Notes: a model not told the origin generated them from the letters alone. A stretch of DNA of 44,803 nucleotides from Tubiluchus corallicola (GCA_030141605.1 JAQGDQ010001246.1:1-44803), one strand, 5' to 3'; positions 12,122 through 24,714 are shown, counted from the first letter of the stretch. A program made the numbers and translations.

Positions 12122-12885
12122 GCCATATGACAATGACATGTGACAGAGCCCCTCCCCTGGATAAGGGTAGAGAGGCTAATGACTATGGCCAAATTTGACG
12201 TAACCCCCGTCCATTTTGAATCTACCTTCAGCTATTATCTTTTTTTTTTGATTTGATATGAATAACGTCAAATCACATTCAGTTTTTTAGTTTCCAATTT
12301 AAATACCTGTGCCAGTAAACCATCTTGATTTTAATATTGTAGTATCTATTGAGGACTGAATTGTCTAAATTTATGACTAAGAAAAAAAATTTCTTGTAGA
12401 TATGACATGTAAATCTTACTTTTTTCTATTTATTTTATATGTTGTTTTTATTATAGGAAGGAAGTTGTTGTATTCTAGCAGTTGTTAATATGGTTTTTGT
12501 CTTTCATTAAATACTTTTTTATTCTTTAATTTTTGATCATTATTGATCTTCCGGAAAAAAATTTGCTGCTGTTCTTCGGAGGAAAGCTCACTTGTGTAGC
12601 ATAGAAAAGACATTCTCTGGTGCTTATCAAGTGAATAATCAATAAATCAATCAATTCTTGTGGTATGTGTAACCTCACTCAAATTTTTGATTACAAGTTA
12701 CTCCCACACTTCTGAATCGTCACGTATCGGAATAACATTTTTTGCTCAATTTTTTCATTAGAGTTTTATATTCTTGAAGGCTTCCTTCTTGTCAACGTTT
12801 TGATAAAAATATTAAAGCTTCTGGTGTCTGTTTCACCTTGACTAGGTTGCAGGCTTTTGGAAAAAAACATGATAATTTGGTTTCC

Positions 12886-13071
12886 AGTAAGTAAGTAAGT
12901 ATCTTTATTTATCACCTTTTTTTTACAAGACAAACACAATGCATGGTACGATAATATGGTAATATGATATAAAGTGACAAAGTTATTAAATGAATAAATT
13001 ATGAGTCAATGGTGTTCAAGTGATTGGTGAAAGGGTGGCGAAAAACTAAAAGTTACCAAAGTCAACCACCC
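12886..13071 (-). mobile_element. LINE/SINE 3'-end fragment with (CTTA)n tail (L2/CR1-type tail)
   Basis: Shares TTTCGCCACCCTTTCACC, the GGTGATAAA-AATAAA region and the (CTTA)n tail with 28156-28429, in opposite orientation. Confidence 0.6.
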
Positions 13072-14953
13072 TGAAAAAACTATTTCCATTTCTGTGTTTG
13101 TTGCAATGTGGTTGAAATTTCCTGTCATGAAATACTTTTATCAAGCATTTTTAGATCTGATAACCATTCCTTAAAAGTACAAACTTACGTATCTAAAACA
13201 AGACTGCAGATGTGTCAAAAGCAGAGAAACTTGAAGCAGATAAGGAGACACATCAAAGGGTTAAGGCAGCTTCCATTGTGCAGGTGTTTTTATAAATCCT
13301 AAGCCAGTAATTAAGTCAAACTATGGATAAATCTTAAGCTAGTTTATCCGTGATAGAAATTAATAATTATAAATGTTATTAGTGATTTTTGTAAATAATG
13401 AGATATTGCTTGAAGATGCAGACCTGTAATCATGTTATTGCTTGACCCCGATAGTTCCTTGCCCCAATGACGACGTCGACGATGACAGTGACACTGACAC
13501 TGACAACAGAGAACAACACTAACTAAGTGTACCAGTGGTGTCAGTCTCTTTTGTACCAAACCAGATTTCTTTGTAATCATACCTTAGTGGAAGTAATATA
13601 TTTTAGTAAAAGATGGCAGCAGTGACTCTGAAAGAATCCCGTGCTGCCATCTATGCAGAGCAGATTTGGTTTGGTGTATTGTGCCTTGGGAAAGTGACTT
13701 GTCAACTGCTGGGTACGCCACCACAACATCATGACATAATTATTACAATTTTGTAAATAAATAAACAACACAATAACAATAAACGCAATTGGGCAAAGTT
13801 TGTATATAACGTGTTAAACCATGTTTTGACGTTTTTGTTATTGTTGACTTTGCCCTGCTGGATTTATTGTTGAAATTTTATACAAGAATCATGTTTTTAC
13901 AAAACAAATAAAATAAAAACAATTGCACATGTTACATGCACTGAATAGTACACTGTAGTAACATGCATGCACTTCCAAAATACATATCTTTCATCTTTTT
14001 CACGCTGTACAATGTTACAGTACAAGTTTCGTGTTTTCAATCGAATGTATGGAAAGTATCTTCAAAATAAATGCATAAAACTCACTATGAATCTGAAATT
14101 GTTTGTTTTTTTTGTTATTTACATTGTAAACATTTCCTTTTTATACAATGAAGTTCAATTTGACCAGTCCAGTGAGCTTTAGCCCGATGGGAACTTCCTG
14201 CCCTTCAGATCTACCCTAATAAGCTCACCTCCATTGAGCTCATACTGGTAACTCTGCCAAATAAGTTTGTGCACTGGTCCTATTTTTGGACCTAATATGA
14301 GAGTAGTAGTGTGTTTGGTTTGCTTGAGTTTTGTGCATCAAGTTCCGATTTTGGGTTCAATTCAATTCAATTTTATTTTCTCAATAGCAGTTAAAATTCG
14401 TCATAATTTTTTTACATTTCATTGCAGCTGAGAAGGAGCAGCGAAAGACCTATTGGTCACTTGGTCAGCTGCCCCTTATTAAAAATACAAGTTTATTCAC
14501 AGGCTCATGCCGTTTTTTAGGCGTTTGTGTATGTATAAAAAAGGCAAAAGCAACAAAAATCAACTCAAGGCAGAAATGCAATTCAAAGCACGACAAGGCA
14601 TAACATCAAGCAAAAAATTAATAAAATTCAATGTAGAGCAAAAAATAATATCAAACAAAAGCAACAAAAATCTACTCAAAGCAAAAATGCAATTCCACTC
14701 AGAATAAAAGAAAGTTATCACAAGCAATGCAAAGCGGAATTAAACTCATAGCAAAAAATTATATCAAACAAAATGAAGCTCAAAGCGAAAATTTTATAAA
14801 GCAAAAGCAATTCAACTGAAGGTAAAAGAATTTGTCAAAACCAAAGCAAAACAGAAGTTAATGGAAAGATAACAGAGACGTTTTAGTGATGTCCATAAGT
14901 TGTTGCAGAGGAGATCGGGCATACTACTGAGAATACCACTTCCATTTACTTGG

Positions 14954-15067
14954 AAGGTAGTAGCGATAATCTGTGTGTGTTTACTGTAAAGGTAGTAATG
15001 ATAATCTGTGTGTGTTTACTGTAAAGGTAGTAGTGATAATCTGAGTGTGTTCACTGTAAAGGTAGTA
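14954..15067. repeat. 35-bp tandem repeat, about 3 copies
   Basis: Unit AAGGTAGTAGTGATAATCTGTGTGTGTTTACTGTA. Confidence 0.85.
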
Positions 15068-15575
15068 TGTTTGATCTGTTTCTATTTGAGTTTTATAAAT
15101 TAAGATCCGATTTCAGTGACCACAAGTTGGTGCAGAGATAAATTCGACTACTCAGTAATACTAATGAGTTTGTTATTATTGAAGTTTACATCTGACTTTC
15201 GTGCACCTATAGAAGTGAAACCAACAGTGCTGGCCTTTTTCCTGGAAAAAAACCTAGCATCTCCTTTAGGAAACTTCTCCCCATTTTTATAACATCAACA
15301 TGATCACCAAAAAACTTGAAATTAATCGTTTGAACACCGTGTTGTAAAAATATTTATTAATTGTTGAACAAGCTCATTGTGTCTTTAAAATTACTACTAA
15401 TTGTAATTACGTAATTATTATTTTGTCTCATTTCCATGTTTTTGTCTTCTGAATCTTCTGTACAAAGTCACTTACTTTTTCTTTATTTCTCTTTGTTACG
15501 AAATTCTGAAATAAAGAAAGTTAGCAGTTATAGCGAAATTTGAATTAACAACATTGATATTGCAAACAGCTATTA

Positions 15576-15690
15576 AAACTGAAACTGAATTTGACTGAAA
15601 AGAAAGAAATGTGAATCAGCGTTGGACCTGGATTCGAACTTTGTACCTTCGGATTGCAAGTCTAACGACACATTCTTACACGTCTAACAC
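15576..15690 (-). mobile_element. tRNA-derived SINE-like repeat, copy 1
   Basis: Reverse complement of 19537-19650; B-box GTTCGAATCC. Confidence 0.65.
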
Positions 15691-16045
15691 TTTTTGCGGT
15701 CTTACGAAGCTCGCTAAGCAAAATTCAACATTACTTTGTAAGTGTTAGCTAATGTCCTACAGTAATCATTAATTATATCAACTTCTGTAAGTAATTTAGA
15801 GTCCGCGAGTAATAAGTTATTTATTTATAATCCTTATTTCATAATTATCGATTTGTGGTAGAATCAAATCGATTATTAATTTTTTCAAACAAAAGTTGAT
15901 CAAAATGACTGTGTGCAACGTGAAACGTTCGGCTAACCTGGATTAGAACTAAGAGCTTCAGACTAATGCCCAAAGACGTGATCATTAAGACCACACAGAC
16001 CTTGTAAGCATAGCAGATCTTATTCACAAATTAATGATCTCGGGA

Positions 16046-17287
16046 TTATAATAATAAATATTGTATTTCTACAGGAAGAGAAAATTTGTCTCTATGCTTT
16101 TTTGCATAACGTTTGTAACCGCTCACCACTGTTTCCCGGAGATTTTTCATCCTGTTTTTCCCGAAAGCCGGCGTTGCTCTGTTCTCTTCATTCCAGTGAG
16201 GTGAACTACTAAAGTGATTTTCACCTAATTCATCAGCTACAGACAACACCTTGGTACCTCCACAGCTGTCAGCTTGGAAAACTGACTGGATCTCTCCAGG
16301 ATCTTTCGCTTTCTTAACATATTTTTTATGTTTCTTCACAGGAGGCAGAGATACCAACGCAGAGCTCGGTCGTTCCTGAACCAGCCGAGAGGTGGTCTTC
16401 GGTTGGGCTATAGACCAGGGGTTCCCGTGTAGGGATAGACGTTTTGTCATCAACCTTGTCGGATGTTTTGTTGGCTCCATGCACGCAATACATCGGTAGC
16501 GTCTTGGGGTATTTCTAGTGCTTCTGTCGGAAGTCCAGGTGTCGCCACGATCGCAAAAGTCTTTTGTTTTGTCCTGCTTAACTACATTGTTGATGAAATT
16601 GAAAGTATCTAGTGTTTCCACGCCAGCGTCGTCATCATATTCATCAAAGATGTCAGCACTCTCCTGGCCACTGAACGATTTCTCGCAATGGCATTTGTCC
16701 TTAACTTGTGGAGTTTTCCCATCAGAACGATTGAACAATTCTCCTATGTTGCTTTCTTCGTCCTCTAAGGACAAAATGCGCTCGTTTTCTGAATCAAGAC
16801 TCTTCGATTTCTTCAAGAGTGCAGCTATTTCTATAAAAGTATTCGGAATTCTAATATCCCCATTTCTTTTGAAGACAAAACCGGGAATCGACAGACTGTT
16901 TCTGCTTATCCTTTTAGACGATTGCAGCCAGGTCAACGTACTAGCCAATTCTGAAAAGCTGTGCCGACTTTCTGATTTGTCTGAAGATATATTGTTGTGT
17001 TTCCCTAATGCGGTGTCAAGAGACTTGGTTCTTTCTACCAAAACGTCGCATCTTAAACATTCTAGCGAGTTCTTATACAAAGAGATTTCGGAATTCAACT
17101 TTTTCAACAGATTTTTCCGCTGTTTTTCTATCCGTGCGAATTTGATGGCAAGTTGACGTATGAGGAACTTGTTTTGTGGACAGTAGGCCAGTCCTTCTAA
17201 ATCTAATTTATTTTCCATGACGTCATCGATGTTCAGCGATGAGGACTTGGACCTCACTTGCTTCAGGACCAGCTGATTTACGGCCAT
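16046..17287 (-). CDS. Uncharacterised intronless 413-aa protein; predicted N-terminal coiled coil, then Ser/Lys/Asp-rich and probably disordered
   Basis: 1242-bp non-repetitive ORF in AT-rich DNA; ATG in ATAATGG context; AATAAA about 220 bp downstream (15820-15825 on -); no transposase or RT motifs recognised. Confidence 0.8.
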   Translation of the reverse strand: MAVNQLVLKQVRSKSSSLNIDDVMENKLDLEGLAYCPQNKFLIRQLAIKFARIEKQRKNLLKKLNSEISLYKNSLECLRCDVLVERTKSLDTALGKHNNISSDKSESRHSFSELASTLTWLQSSKRISRNSLSIPGFVFKRNGDIRIPNTFIEIAALLKKSKSLDSENERILSLEDEESNIGELFNRSDGKTPQVKDKCHCEKSFSGQESADIFDEYDDDAGVETLDTFNFINNVVKQDKTKDFCDRGDTWTSDRSTRNTPRRYRCIACMEPTKHPTRLMTKRLSLHGNPWSIAQPKTTSRLVQERPSSALVSLPPVKKHKKYVKKAKDPGEIQSVFQADSCGGTKVLSVADELGENHFSSSPHWNEENRATPAFGKNRMKNLRETVVSGYKRYAKKHRDKFSLPVEIQYLLL

Positions 17288-17331
17288 TATAAATTATTGC
17301 AATGGCGAGTCGAAATGAAAATTATAACCAA

Positions 17332-17385
17332 GTAGCAATGACAACTTTTGCTTAGTGATCACGAAAATGCTGTTACTATGACAAC
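17332..17385. promoter_or_regulatory. Two RFX X-box-like motifs upstream of the 413-aa ORF
   Basis: GTAGCAATGACAAC (17332-17345) and GTTACTATGACAAC (17372-17385) resemble the X-box consensus GTNRCC-AT-RGNAAC; they lie 45-98 bp 5' of the ATG. Confidence 0.6.
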
Positions 17386-19536
17386 GTTTGTTATGGAATA
17401 TACAATTGTGATGTAATTAGGATGCAAGAAAAACACACAAGTAATGCTTCCTTAGAGTATAATTATTATTTCCTAACCTTGTAAATCAAAAATTATGGGA
17501 CTACTGCCATTAATGCCGGAACGTTACAGACTAATTCGAACGATATTACATTCGGACAAAAACATGAGTTCGAGTCGTTTCTTGTTTTTGTGTAATCTAT
17601 TTTCAACACCTGACGTAATTAGGAAACTAAAAAAGAAGCCAGACTTGAGGGGGGGTTGTGTTCCACGAAAGGTGGGTAAATTTTCAAGTGTGCAGGTCTA
17701 AAACGATGCCTTCTTTCATTGATTTGTCCTCTCCTTCGTGTAAACGTTTCTGTTTAGGAAATATCAAGAACTACTGTGCTCTAGCTTTGTGTCGTGGTGT
17801 CACACTTCCTGTCTAGCTTTGTGTCCTGGTGTCACACTTCCTGTCAATCTTACAAGTTCTTCGTCACTAAACCAAGTTAAGCGATAAACTTTTAGCCTCT
17901 TCAAACTGAATGGGATATTCGAATTATAGCCAAAATTACTCTTTTACCAAAGCTCCACCCACATTTTTATGTAAGCGAGTTTTTCTCAAGCATAAATTTA
18001 CATTGCTTAATTTCTGTTCATATTAAAGCAGTGGGTAACGTAGATCACTGTTAATTTATAGTCGTTCAGCTAGTAAAGGCTGTGTTAAGGCTGTGTTATT
18101 ATTTGCATTCCGCGGTAAGGTAAAGGTTTTGCACCTGTCTTCATTCTCAGTGCTCACCTGTCCCTATTGTCTACCTGCCTACTGACGGTTATGTTTCTTT
18201 TCTTGTTAATGGTTCATATCCATCACGTGATATAGCAGTTCAGCTGCCCTAGCAGTGAGTCAGTTAGGGGTAAGGTATAAATTGGGGGGGGGGTGAAGTG
18301 ATAACTGAAGAGTAAGTATATTAACATCGACTTTAGTGGAGTGCAGAGTATTTTAGTTTAGCCGGCACGCATAACATTTTGCTATTACAAAAACAATCAG
18401 TACTGAACAATGAATGAAGTTATAAGTTTATTTATTTCCACTCTGCATCTAACAATTATAATAAAAATACAGATAATTTCACTAAAGTAAATATAAATGT
18501 AAATGCAGTATTATCCAGAAATTACAAAATGCAGCATATGCATGTGCAAATTACATTACAGAATAATTTTGATGCATACAGTTTGATCCTAATAGCATAG
18601 CTTGACAGGGGCCAAACTGTACGTGGAAATCTTAAAAAAATGATTAGTAATTGAAATAATGAAATAATGATAATATATACATAAAAGTGGGGGGGGGGAG
18701 TAGTGAATGAAAGATGAAATGGAGCGAGAACTAAGAAAAACTGTGATCATGATTATAAAGTGTTCAGTAACCTGTTGAGCATAGTCACGTTTTATTAAGA
18801 TTACTGTGGAAAAAGAATGCAGGTGATTACCATTATCAATTTGTGTTACTCTTAATACTTAATACTTAATACAATAATTACATCGATATACTGTTGAAAC
18901 AATTGCACATCCATCACATTTTCAAAATTTAGTGAGAAAAGCGCCGCTAGGTCTCGCACAGTTAGCAATCTTAAGGATATGATTGGAGCAGCGACCCGAA
19001 AGCTTTGCGATTATAAGTTTTGGGTCAAAATGAATGGCTTGGATCTCCACCAGGCCTCAAAACAATCATGAACACTGAAGTTATTTTCAAGGACAAATTT
19101 GTTCTCAGATGATCCAAGAACATGCTATCGATTATTATGCAACAGACAAGCTGGTGTGATAGATGTGTTGAAAGGCCTTATTGAGATTTATACAATGTAC
19201 TTTTCAAGTAAAAATACAATATTATATTCATTATTTATAATTCCGTATTCAAGATTATTGCTTTGTAAATAAGACTGGCTTTGCTTACAAAGGTCTGTGT
19301 GGTTGTAATGGACAGTTTGCACAGTAGTGTAAAGGTTCGAGTTCTAATCCAGGTTACACATTGCATCAACTTTGGTTAACTTTGGTTAAAAAATTAATAA
19401 TCTTGAAATTAGGCTTATAAGTAATTAAATTATTCGTCACGGAAGATCACGGACTCTGAATTAATTTACAGAAAACAGTCTAATTAATAATTACTCTAAT
19501 TAGAGTAACTTGACATAAGTCCGCCCTCATCACAGG

Positions 19537-19650
19537 GTGTTAGACTCGTGAGAAAGTGTTGTTAGTTTTGCAATCCGAAGGTACAAAGTTCGAATCCAGG
19601 TCCAACACTGATTCCATTTCTTCCCTTTGATTCAAATTCAGCTTCAGTTT
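19537..19650 (+). mobile_element. tRNA-derived SINE-like repeat, copy 2
   Basis: GTGTTAGAC...TTGCAATCCGAAGGTACAAAGTTCGAATCCAGGTCCAAC; homologous to 15576-15690. Confidence 0.65.
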
Positions 19651-20435
19651 CAGATTTTTGCAAAAAGTTTTTACACTTTATTTTGAGGGCATGATAGATT
19701 CACAGTTGTTTCATTAGTAGTCTGATGTAATAAATTGATCAGTATTATTACTTATTTAACCACGCTTAGCAAAACTTCATGTACCACTCAGTACTGTACT
19801 ATTACTGCTACTTGGTTACAAATCGACTCATTACGTTAATCTGAAAATTGAAGAAAAAGTAGTTGTCCGATTCATACTGTAACACACGTATTGTATAAAC
19901 CGAAATTACGTTTATTTAGATATAAGCAAGCACGTAGCTGGTTCAAATCAAAACTTGTTTTGGTTTGTCTGACAAGTTGGATTAATGCATTGATGCAGCA
20001 AAAGTAACTTGATGAATTGGTGCACAGAGAAAGCTGTTTGCTTATTCTGTTTAAATCGTTGACTAGCCTTTTTAACACAATTATACTTGTTGAGACGTGG
20101 AGATAGGATTATGAATGCACTAACCATGTATGATTGAATTGAGGTATATAATTATTTATAACTAAAAACCTTGCACTACCTGCTTGAGACGCATCAGCTT
20201 TCAGATGCAAATCACACATCTAAACTAAACCTAAAATAGAGGTATATACTTAAATCACGTGTGTACATAATTTTCATTTTATTAGATAATTTTGTTTATT
20301 TTTCATTACGGTGTGTAACTAACTATGAACAATTTGTTTATTTCTGAAGAAAAATTAATATTGAAAATGTAAAGTTTCTAAGCCTCAACCATACTTGATT
20401 AAACAAGAAAGTATCGGCGGTCCTATTATTAATTT

Positions 20436-20569
20436 CCTAACCCTAATTAACCCTAACCCTAACCCTAACCCTAACCCTAACCCTAATTAACCCTAACCCT
20501 AACCCTAACCCTAACCCTAACCCTAACCCTAACCCTAACCCTAACCCTAACCCTAACCCTAACCCTAAC
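20436..20569. repeat. Interstitial telomeric repeat (CCCTAA)n
   Basis: About 21 hexamers with two CCCTAATTAA variants. Confidence 0.97.
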
Positions 20570-20916
20570 TATTAATTTTGTATAAACATTGTTAACTTAT
20601 ATAAGTATTATTATGGATACTACCCCGCCCCCTTATTTTTAATTCGGTTTTTCGGGTAGTAACACAACATTTATTAATTTTATGGATAATGTATATAAAT
20701 TTGACGACACCTTTTCACCTGTTTCTAATGTTCTTCCGGTCTCGTATTTATATTCACCGGAAGTTGTACCGCTGCAGGCGTACAACTAGTGCGTGAGGGA
20801 TGTTTTAATGTTAAACTGGTTGGTTAAGGGAGGATTCTTGTTATGCGACTCTTGCTCTGTACTTTTCTGAGAAGTTTTTTACGTAAACCAAGTGAATTTA
20901 CGGCCATTGAGTTATT

Positions 20917-21692
20917 CAGTTTTCACAGACATTTCTTATTATATGTAAGACTTGTTGTTCTAATCAAGTGTAAAAGTAAAGGTCTGCTAATGGTTGTATT
21001 TTATAGAAGTACTTTAGCAGACTCAGTTTTCACAGACATTTCTTATTATATGTAAGACATGTTGTTCTAATCAAGTGTAAAAGTAAAGGTCTGCTAATGG
21101 TTGTATTTTATAGAAGTACTTTAGCAGACTCAGTTTTCACCGACATTTCTCATTATATGTAAGACTTGTTGTTCTAATCAAGTGTAAAAGTAAAGGTCTG
21201 CTAATGGTTGTATTTTATAGAAGTACTTTAGCAGACTCAGTTTTCACTGACATTTCTCATTATATGTATGACATGTTGTTCTAATCAAGTGTAAAAGTAA
21301 AGGTCTGCTAATGGTTGTATTTTATAGAAGTACTTTAGCAGACTCAGTTTTCACTGACATTTCTCATTATATGTATGACATGTTGTTCTAATCACGTGTA
21401 AAAGTAAAGGTCTGCTAATGGTTGTATTTTATAGAAGTACTTTAGTAGACTCAGTTTTCACAGACATTTCTTATTATATGTAAGACTTGTTGTTCTAATC
21501 ACGTGTAAAAGTAAAGGTCTGCTAATGGTTGTATTTTATAGAAGTACTTTAGCAGACTCAGTTTTCACAGACATTTCTTATTATATGTAAGACTTGTTGT
21601 TCTAATCACGTGTAAAAGTAAAGGTCTGCTAATGGTTGTATTTTATAGAAGTACCTTAGCAGACTCAGTTTTCACAGACATTTTTCATTGTA
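20917..21692. repeat. 107-bp tandem repeat, about 7.2 copies
   Basis: CAGTTTTCAC recurs at 20917, 21024, 21131, 21238, 21345, 21452, 21559 and 21666. Confidence 0.96.
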
Positions 21693-21937
21693 TGCGCAAC
21701 TTCAGAATAAAAGATGCAGCGTAGGCCTAGGATTTGGAAAAAGTACGAAAAGAAATTTCACACATAATATTATATATGAAGTGAAAAATATCTGCGCGCG
21801 TGAGTAGAGTACAATAACCCCATGCGAAAATATGAAAAAGTAATATAATATAAATCCTTAGCAGATCTTTATCTAGCTTATATAGCTGTATATTTCGTCT
21901 GCGACTGAGTAACTTTAAATTAGCTTTATTATAATTA

Positions 21938-22167
21938 TGACGTCATCACTGGTGTGTTTTTACAATTCACTCTGGAATTTGTTACTGTATATGAAAACCG
22001 TTTTATTCAACCCATCCTGCATTTGCACGATACATACAGTGAGATTTATAAAGCTTTTTACCCATTATCTTTGTAAAATTTAAGCGTAACGTAATTGAGA
22101 TAGTAGCAAACTCGAAATTTCCTGCCCCACTGATCAGAAACGTGAGTGATAGCGTGTGCGCATGCGC
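21938..22167 (+). promoter_or_regulatory. Putative promoter of the Hey-like gene: CRE (TGACGTCA 21938-21945) and NRF1-type palindrome (TGCGCATGCGC 22157-22167)
   Basis: Exact motif matches 300-530 bp upstream of the predicted ATG; function is inferred. Confidence 0.45.
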
Positions 22168-22468
22168 CTGCCGCAGCTGTTGTGAATGTACACAAGAGCA
22201 GCTGTCTACCGTCTGCTTCTTGGATGTCTAGAGGTTCCTGCTAAAGCTTTAAATACGATCAGCTGTTAACCAGTATTACAGCAAATATGAATATTCGTAA
22301 GCGTCAGTGAATGTTTTTTTCCAAAGTGTGTTACTTTGAACAGAGAGACAGCGTGATGAAGAAACAGCGTGATTAGACAGCATCATTATGTGCAAATTGT
22401 AGTTGCGATTATGTTGTGACATTTGTAAAGTTTTGTTGTGCATTTATGACTAGTTTATGTGGTTTATA

Positions 22469-22530
22469 ATGGCTTCTGAGCAAGGTGCGATAGAAAAACC
22501 TATTTGCTCGGCAAGCAATTCCAACGCTAG
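22469..22530 (+). CDS. Hey-like Orange-domain gene, predicted exon 1
   Basis: ATAATGG start; MASEQGAIEKPICSASNSNA(R); donor AG|GTACGA; phase 2 fits exon 2. Confidence 0.6.
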
Positions 22531-22625
22531 GTACGATTTGCAGTACTAAATTAACAATTGGCATACACCTGCTGCTTAATTGGTGCTATTCGTTGTAATG
22601 TGCATACGGAGTGTAATATATATAT

Positions 22626-23075
22626 AATAATCTTTATTTGCCATAAAAAATCGATATTCATAACTATAAAAGCATAAAAGAACACCGCAGCATGAGAATA
22701 AAATTCACACAACTGTTAAAGGCAAATGCGTCCAGTGCAAACTAAAAACTACTGTGCCAAAAATTTAAAGCAAAATATACATTATAATATTACACGGAAA
22801 TTATAATAGACTATATACAATATATACACATAATTTAAAATGGACGTGGGTAAATAAAATTTGTGAATGAATATATATTATCGTTTACGTATGTAGGGTT
22901 TTCAAAACGATTTAATGTATGTATTTTTAATTTTGATTTGAATTCGTCAAAAGACTCGATTTGTTTTGATGGCAGGGTATTCCAAAGTTGAACTCCTTGT
23001 TTAGTGATACAATTGTTGTCGTATTTGTTATTAGTGCGTGTTTGTTTAATATTGTGTGTTCTTGGATTTTGCATT
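22626..23075 (-). mobile_element. CR1/L2-group LINE 3' fragment
   Basis: The minus frame encodes RTNNKYDNNCITKQGVQLWNTLPSKQIESFDEFKSKLK, typical of CR1/L2 ORF2 C-termini; ends in AATAAA plus an ATT-rich tail. Confidence 0.7.
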
Positions 23076-23270
23076 TCCTTTGTTTTCCCAGTATATTAGT
23101 TAAGCAAGAATTAGTATTAAAAGCCCCGATGTTCCTAGCACCTCAAATTATAATACTAAAAAGGCGCAAATTTCAATTATTTACGAAAGTTTGTGTTTTT
23201 TAACGTACTGGCTGTGGACTTATAATGTAGCAGGCGTACTGTAACTAATTTATAATTTATAATTAATGTA

Positions 23271-23483
23271 ACCACTACTATTGCCGTTGCTGTTGCTAAT
23301 GCTGCTGCCACTATCACTATCACTTACCACCATTATTGTAGGGGTTACAATACTTGTTACGTTGCAAAGCAGAAACCAACAGAAAACATTCATCAACTAA
23401 GTATTGTAAGCCCTACAATAATGGTGGTAAGTGACAGTGATAGTGGCAGCAGCATTAGCAACAGCAACGGCAATAGTTGTGGT
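23271..23483. repeat. Near-perfect inverted repeat (85-bp arms, 43-bp loop)
   Basis: 23271-23355 versus 23399-23483, with 3 mismatches. Confidence 0.93.
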
Positions 23484-24161
23484 AATGACACTTCATTGGA
23501 AAAATCGATGAAAATAAATAGGAAGCAACTAGCAAATAGAAAGAATATCATCGCATGATAGTGCACTGTATAAACAACACACAGTATATAAACAAAAAAG
23601 TACGTTAATTATGCTCTAAGAATAATGTTAGGACGTCTATTAAAAAGGTTATACATGTAATAAGTAAGCGGTTAGCAGTTTTATACGCCCACATACTGAT
23701 GTAACTTGTACAGGAAGGAAATGGATGATTGTAGTTCATTAATAAAAGTAAAATATTACAAAACTGGCATAGCACAGCAGACGAGTCACAAAGCAATTGC
23801 ATTTGATACTAGTAGTTGAACTTGTCTTACTGGACTCGCAGTGTGCACACGCTTTGGCGCTGTGCCAATTTTCTCACGCCTACACACTTATGCAGCTTAA
23901 CAGCACTTTCGACTTTGGTCGTATGTGTGCTGGCTACTGTATTGCTTAGTAAGCTCCTACACGTTTTACCACTAGAATCAAACTACTGTGATTATATAGT
24001 TTTCACCATGGAGGCGTGAGGAATTTGGCCCTGTGCCAAATGCACCTTTTTGTTTAATGAGTCGTGATTGATAGCGTGCTGTGATATACTGAACATTTCT
24101 CATAGGAATGTGTCAGGAAACTGTAATTTCGTTTTCTTAATAGATTATGCTGTTTTTGTAG

Positions 24162-24225
24162 GACGTCAGAGAGAGAAGAGGAGATGCACATCTCACCCAT
24201 GATTTCAAAGAAAAGATCTCACCAG
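24162..24225 (+). CDS. Hey-like gene, predicted exon 2
   Basis: TTTTTGTAG acceptor, CAG|GTTAG donor; TSEREEEMHISPMISKKRSHQ; phases 2 to 0. Confidence 0.65.
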
Positions 24226-24714
24226 GTTAGGATACGTGTACAAGACATGTTTACTGACAATATCAACTAAAGTTTTTTTACAGTGAACTCTACCAACTTT
24301 TGGCCTATATAATTATAATTGTTTTCGTGACTTCGTCAAAATCTTTTTCAATATTAACGGATACCAACTTACAATGGTTCGTCATTCTTGTCAATAGATG
24401 TCACGCATACGTATAATATCAGATTTTTGCGTTCGCGCTGTATTCTTATACTATGTATTTACTAGGTGATGTTTATATGATGTGGCGTCATCTACCTGAA
24501 ATTAATATTAAACTAACAAAAAAGTATGGCAATTGTGCAATTTGTGCTTTATTTTCATCGTTCATTTTCTCTTTGTTCAACGTTCAAGTGGAATTATTTT
24601 TTGTCCGGGGGATTTTCAAGATTTATAGACCTGATTTTTCTGTGATGTCAGTGTTGCAAGTAACAGCGACCATCCTATTGTTGATGAGCTCTACTTTTGC
24701 TTTAATGAGTTTAA

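Noticed and set aside
14500-14860. A-rich degenerate repeat and 66-aa Lys-rich ORF
   Set aside because: Low-complexity sequence with a loose ~110-bp duplication next to a probable decayed LINE tail; no coding support.
16518-17156. 212-aa plus-strand ORF
   Set aside because: Antisense shadow of the 413-aa ORF, with a non-ATG start.
19537-19610. Functional tRNA gene
   Set aside because: B-box present, but I could not fold a proper cloverleaf, and a diverged second copy shares the 3' extension, as expected for a SINE.
21700-22468. Su(H)/CSL sites upstream of the Hey-like gene
   Set aside because: No high-affinity GTGGGAA or paired site was seen by eye in the proximal region; matches at 1477 and 8649 are distant and expected by chance.
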